In this document: positions 60,119 through 64,000 of the stretch, in pieces
How positions within the stretch are numbered: position 1 is the stretch's first letter
Layout: every line of letters starts with the position of its first letter
Program-made: the position numbers and the translations under genes
Notes under the pieces: model-generated
Seen by the model: only the letters and a program-made list of their open reading frames with translations
Database searches by the model: none
Told to the model about the DNA's origin: nothing
Source of the DNA: a virus
Lineage: Duplodnaviria > Caudoviricetes
Length of the DNA stretch: 64,000 nt
Strand: one strand, 5' to 3'
IMG/VR virus record: IMGVR_UViG_3300021426_000063
Span: 128,001 to 192,000 of that record

Positions 60119-62197
60119 ATGGCAAAAACAACCGCTTTAAGTTTTATTGGAACTGCTTCCGAAAACTACATTCAGCAAATCACTGCTCTTGAAGGAACAT
60201 TTGATATTGCCCCAAAACATAAGATTGTATTTTATGATGGTGCTGGTGCTGTTTCAGGTATTGAATGGAATGGTACACAGGATTTGGAAGTTGTAATTCC
60301 TACTATTGCAGATCTTATAAAGGATCCTGTTAAGTTTGCTGGTACTGTTGATGCAGCAGATGGTACTATTACTTGGAAAGAAACAGGTCATACTGCTCAG
60401 ACTGGTGACTTGGTTTATATGACTGTTGATTGTACATTTAACACTATTGCTTGTGAGGCAGGTGATATGGCAATCTATGATGGTAAAAACTGGCATGTTG
60501 TTACTGGTGAGAACCAGGTAACTATCAATGCAACAGCTGCTACTGTTTCAGGTAATGACAATCTATTCTCAATCACAGGTTCAGCAAAGACTCTCCTTAC
60601 TGTTGAAGGTAAGACATTGAGTGTAAAGATTGATTATGCTGATGTAAGAAGTAAACTTGGTCTTGTATTTAATGATGAAGTTAATCGTAGTGTTGATAAT
60701 GCAAAGGTTACTGTTGATACAGTTAAACTTTCTGTTTCAAAAGTTGATGGTACACCTAGTGATATCACAACATCAGTAAGTTTTGATTTACCTACTGCTC
60801 TTGCAGATGGTACAGTTACTATTAATCAGAGTGTTCTCACTAGTGGAGACTTCACATTCGAAAGAGGTGTATTCCCTGCTGTTGTTAAGAATAGTGCATC
60901 AATTAGTGCAGAAGTATCAGGTAATTTGACAATTGGTAAGTCAAGTTTGGAAGATAGTGAAAATGGTGATTATGTTACTACTGTTGATGCTATCAAGGCA
61001 GTTTCATTTGCTCCAGCAACAGCAGCAAGTCATCAGTTTGCTTATGTTGCCAATGTATCAACAAGTGGTTCAAAATCATTTGTAAGTGGTCTTCACACAT
61101 TTGTAGATGGTACTGATGATCCAGCAAAGGCAGACTTCACTGTATATGGTGCTGTAACCGCAGCTGCTGCAAGTAATACATTTGCAACTGGTTGGGATGT
61201 AGAGGCAGCAACTGGTGAAGTTGTTTCATCAATCACTGTTGGTAATGTAACTATTGGTGCATCTAGTGCAAACAATGTTCTTGTAACTGGTCTTTCAGGT
61301 GAAGGTTCAACAGTTGTTACTGATGTAACATTTGGTTCAATCTCATTTGGTGCTGGTACAGACTTTGTAACTGGTCTTGGAAATACAGAGGCAGCAACTG
61401 GTGATGTTGTTACAACTGTTAGTTTTGGTACAACCTCTCTTGTTGAAGATTCAACAGTCACAGCAAAGTCAGCAGCAATTGTAAGTGCAACTGTAAGTAA
61501 TCATGTTCTTTCATTCACAACTGCTGACTTTATGAAACCTGTTAGAGTTGATGTTACTGGTCAGAGTGTTTCAAAGAAGGAATTCACAAAGGGTTCTGCA
61601 ACACTTACTGGTTTCAGCTTTACATCAGATGCATTAACATTTGGAGGTATCAGTCAGGCAGATACAACAATTTCTTACAAGAGTCTTTTGAAAGGTGAGG
61701 TTACTTTGACACAGGATTCTACTTTGTATTATCTTGATAAGGCAGCACAGGATCAGTATGTTGTAGAGATGTCTTATGCTGATTGGTCATTCACAGCAGC
61801 TACTGTATCAAAGAATACTCCTGTACTTAACAATCCAGGTTTGACAGCATACATTCCTGCTAACACAGTTGCTGTTTCTCTTACAGATGGTACATTACCT
61901 TCATTAACAATTGCTGATCCAACTAGTAAACTTACTGCTTCTGTTGGCACAGCATTGTCAACAGAAAAAGTTGCATTCTTGGCTGTTAGTTCTGATAAGA
62001 AGAATATTGCTATTCCTAGTTTCTCATTGGTTTCTGTTTCTGCTGAAGCAGATGGTATCAGTGTTGCTGTTGGAGGTAACTATGCTGTTACTGATGGTAC
62101 AGTTACAATCCTTTCAAATACATTTGTTAAAGGTGTTATGGTTGATGATTCTGCTGTTAGCACATATGTTGCTCCTACTCAAGAACAAGGTAACTAA
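60119..62197 (+). CDS. Tail-fibre-like protein
   Basis: KFAGTV...GDLVY...AGDMAIYDGKNW module common in phage fibres; Thr/Val/Ser-rich beta repeats (EAATG.VV). Confidence 0.6.
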   Translation: MAKTTALSFIGTASENYIQQITALEGTFDIAPKHKIVFYDGAGAVSGIEWNGTQDLEVVIPTIADLIKDPVKFAGTVDAADGTITWKETGHTAQTGDLVYMTVDCTFNTIACEAGDMAIYDGKNWHVVTGENQVTINATAATVSGNDNLFSITGSAKTLLTVEGKTLSVKIDYADVRSKLGLVFNDEVNRSVDNAKVTVDTVKLSVSKVDGTPSDITTSVSFDLPTALADGTVTINQSVLTSGDFTFERGVFPAVVKNSASISAEVSGNLTIGKSSLEDSENGDYVTTVDAIKAVSFAPATAASHQFAYVANVSTSGSKSFVSGLHTFVDGTDDPAKADFTVYGAVTAAAASNTFATGWDVEAATGEVVSSITVGNVTIGASSANNVLVTGLSGEGSTVVTDVTFGSISFGAGTDFVTGLGNTEAATGDVVTTVSFGTTSLVEDSTVTAKSAAIVSATVSNHVLSFTTADFMKPVRVDVTGQSVSKKEFTKGSATLTGFSFTSDALTFGGISQADTTISYKSLLKGEVTLTQDSTLYYLDKAAQDQYVVEMSYADWSFTAATVSKNTPVLNNPGLTAYIPANTVAVSLTDGTLPSLTIADPTSKLTASVGTALSTEKVAFLAVSSDKKNIAIPSFSLVSVSAEADGISVAVGGNYAVTDGTVTILSNTFVKGVMVDDSAVSTYVAPTQEQGN

Positions 62198-62218
62198 TCT
62201 TATGAAACATATTTTTAG

Positions 62219-62250
62219 AAAAGGACTTGAAAAATCAAGTCCTTTTCTTT
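62219..62250 (+). terminator. Intrinsic terminator
   Basis: AAAAGGACTTGA-aaaa-TCAAGTCCTTTT. Confidence 0.85.
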
Positions 62251-62284
62251 TTGTTATATTTAACATATATAATATTTTGTTTAT

Positions 62285-63289
62285 ATGGAACATAAAAAAC
62301 TTCAATTTTTAGTTCCCCAGTATAAAGAGACAGAAGAAATTATTTCTTTTCTTTTGGATTCCATAGAGTGTCAGGCTTATATTGATAAGAAGGATATAGG
62401 CATGATTATCTGTTCTGATGGTGGACAATATATTCTTGACAGAAAATTCCTTGATAAATACTCTTATGATATTGATTATGTCATCTGTAAGCACAGGGGT
62501 GTATCAGCAACCAGGAACACAGCATTCTTGTTGTCTGATGCAGATTATGTGATGTATTGTGATTCTGATGATGGATTCTGTAACACCTTTGCTCTTAAAA
62601 TCATATTTGAGAATATCAAGATTAGTGAAGATGAAGGAAAACCTTTTGACTTATTGAGTTCCAAGTTCTATTCTGAAAAGACTGTTACAGAGAAAAACAA
62701 GTTATGGGCATTGAGTATTGTTGACCATAATAACATCTATATACACAGTCGGGTTTACAGGAGAGATTTCTTGGTCAAGAATGGTCTTTACTTCAATGAG
62801 AACATCTGGGCCAATGAAGATAGTTTCTTCAATATAACCACCAACTTCTTCTCAAAGAATACAAAGGCATTGAACATTCCAATTTATTGTTGGAGAGGTA
62901 ATCCTTTGTCAGTTACTCATGATCCAAAGTACATAATGAAGACTCTTCATCAATTATTGTATTCCAATGACAGTGTTGTTGAAGTGATGCTGTTATTGAA
63001 TAAAGACAAGAAGGAGATTGCAAAAACAACATTTGATGTGATATGCAAGTTGTATCTGGATATGAACAAACCTTGTTGGTATGAACCGGAGAATGAAGAG
63101 TATAAGGATATTACATTAAAGACATTGAAGTGGTATCTTTTGAAGAGAGGTAAGTTGTGTGAGGTGTTAACTGATGATGAAAAGAAGGAAGTTCTTCAGG
63201 GTGCCAGGAAGACTGAACATTACAAGAACATTGAGAGTATCACATTTAATGATTTTATAAAATGGGTTATTAATTATGAAAAGAAATAG
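62285..63289 (+). CDS. Family 2 glycosyltransferase
   Basis: LVPQYK, SDGG, H.GVSATRN, YVMYCDSDD (DxD), NED..F. Confidence 0.88.
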   Translation: MEHKKLQFLVPQYKETEEIISFLLDSIECQAYIDKKDIGMIICSDGGQYILDRKFLDKYSYDIDYVICKHRGVSATRNTAFLLSDADYVMYCDSDDGFCNTFALKIIFENIKISEDEGKPFDLLSSKFYSEKTVTEKNKLWALSIVDHNNIYIHSRVYRRDFLVKNGLYFNENIWANEDSFFNITTNFFSKNTKALNIPIYCWRGNPLSVTHDPKYIMKTLHQLLYSNDSVVEVMLLLNKDKKEIAKTTFDVICKLYLDMNKPCWYEPENEEYKDITLKTLKWYLLKRGKLCEVLTDDEKKEVLQGARKTEHYKNIESITFNDFIKWVINYEKK

Positions 63290-64000
63290 AACAGAATGGG
63301 TAATACATGTCTGGGGAAAGAAGAGAGATACCCTGGAACTGAATGATGTTGAGAAATTCCATATTGATATGTTGCGAATGTTTCAGTCGCAACAGAAGAA
63401 GTTTGATAAGATACTTATCAATATTGCATTGTATGATGTCAATGATATGAACCTCTTCAATTTCTTGAAGGAAAAGATTTCAGAGGTATTGGTTAATGAC
63501 AATGTTGAGTTCAAGTATTGTCAGAATGACCCAAACAAAGGAGAGTATGTCACATTCAGACCATATGTGTTTGACAGGATTGGTGAGGATGTGAATGTGT
63601 TTTATTCACACTTCAAAGGTTATGCGACACATGTGAGTTTGATTAGAGAATCATTTCCTGTAAGGGTTGTTAATCTGTGTGAGTTGTTCTGGTCATATAT
63701 AATGTATAGATATTCATTGGACATCAAGGATGTTAATGAAAAACTAAAAGACCACAGTACATATTGTTGGTATGTCTTTAAATGTGAACAGAGTGAGACT
63801 GGTGTCTTCTGTGAAAAATATAATAGTATTCTCAATAGTGTAGATAATAATTTTGAAAAGTATGTGAAGGATAAACTTCATAAACATTCTCCTGGAAGTT
63901 TTGCATGGTATAATCTCAAAAGGATTGGTGAACAATTAAAGGATGTACCTTATGTAACACAGATTCCAACAAGTGTTTTGGAAAAGGAATGGGATGGGAC
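63276..64000 (+). CDS. Hypothetical, possibly glycosyltransferase-like protein (partial, runs off window)
   Basis: Open from ATG 63276 to the window end; contains N...GE..T, FYSHFKG (YxHxKG) and HSPGSFAW motifs. Confidence 0.6.
   Translation, partial: MKRNRTEWVIHVWGKKRDTLELNDVEKFHIDMLRMFQSQQKKFDKILINIALYDVNDMNLFNFLKEKISEVLVNDNVEFKYCQNDPNKGEYVTFRPYVFDRIGEDVNVFYSHFKGYATHVSLIRESFPVRVVNLCELFWSYIMYRYSLDIKDVNEKLKDHSTYCWYVFKCEQSETGVFCEKYNSILNSVDNNFEKYVKDKLHKHSPGSFAWYNLKRIGEQLKDVPYVTQIPTSVLEKEWDG

Noticed and set aside
62258-62285. dif-like site (ATTTAACATAT resembles the XerD arm)
   Set aside because: The XerC arm is poor and the sequence is explained by the promoter motif plus an AT-rich leader.
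1-64000. Stop-codon reassignment (TAG=Gln as in Lak phages)
   Set aside because: Long genes are intact in code 11, and TAG ends several genes right at terminators or next starts (e.g. 10165, 19444, 29154, 39984).

Overview
A 64-kb, AT-rich, gene-dense segment of a large T4-like (myovirus-type) jumbo phage genome read in genetic code 11. The host is very probably a Bacteroidota anaerobe: three TTTG-N20-TAnnTTTG promoters, no Shine-Dalgarno sites, a Bacteroidota-type OmpA domain and class III RNR. It carries T4-like virion genes (gp3-, gp4-, gp14-, gp16-, gp26/51- and gp27-like, tape measure) and replication genes (RNase H/FEN, gp32, gp62-like, primase). Host-like genes include ribosomal protein S1, DnaK, GroES, a sigma factor, NrdD/NrdG, guanylate kinase, two DNA methyltransferases and glycosyltransferases. 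There is also a 3375-aa Ig/MBG-repeat fibre. The most striking observation is an apparently split Ig (Big_2) domain. Two separately transcribed small genes (48127-48669, 48768-49274) have unrelated N-terminal domains and both stop at the same point in the middle of an Ig fold. The giant fibre begins with exactly the missing strands, suggesting swappable tips that plug on by strand complementation. Other highlights: a free-standing intein whose only exteins are the RNR finger-loop remnant MNKLNP|CGE; a family of T4-CTS-like N-terminal tags marking probable head-packaged enzymes (DUF1704 peptidase, MoxR/VWA); three promoter classes readable from sequence; a pseudo-phosphoesterase; a 22-bp dispersed intergenic motif; and strong CpG depletion. 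All product calls are from motif recognition by eye; no database searches were run.
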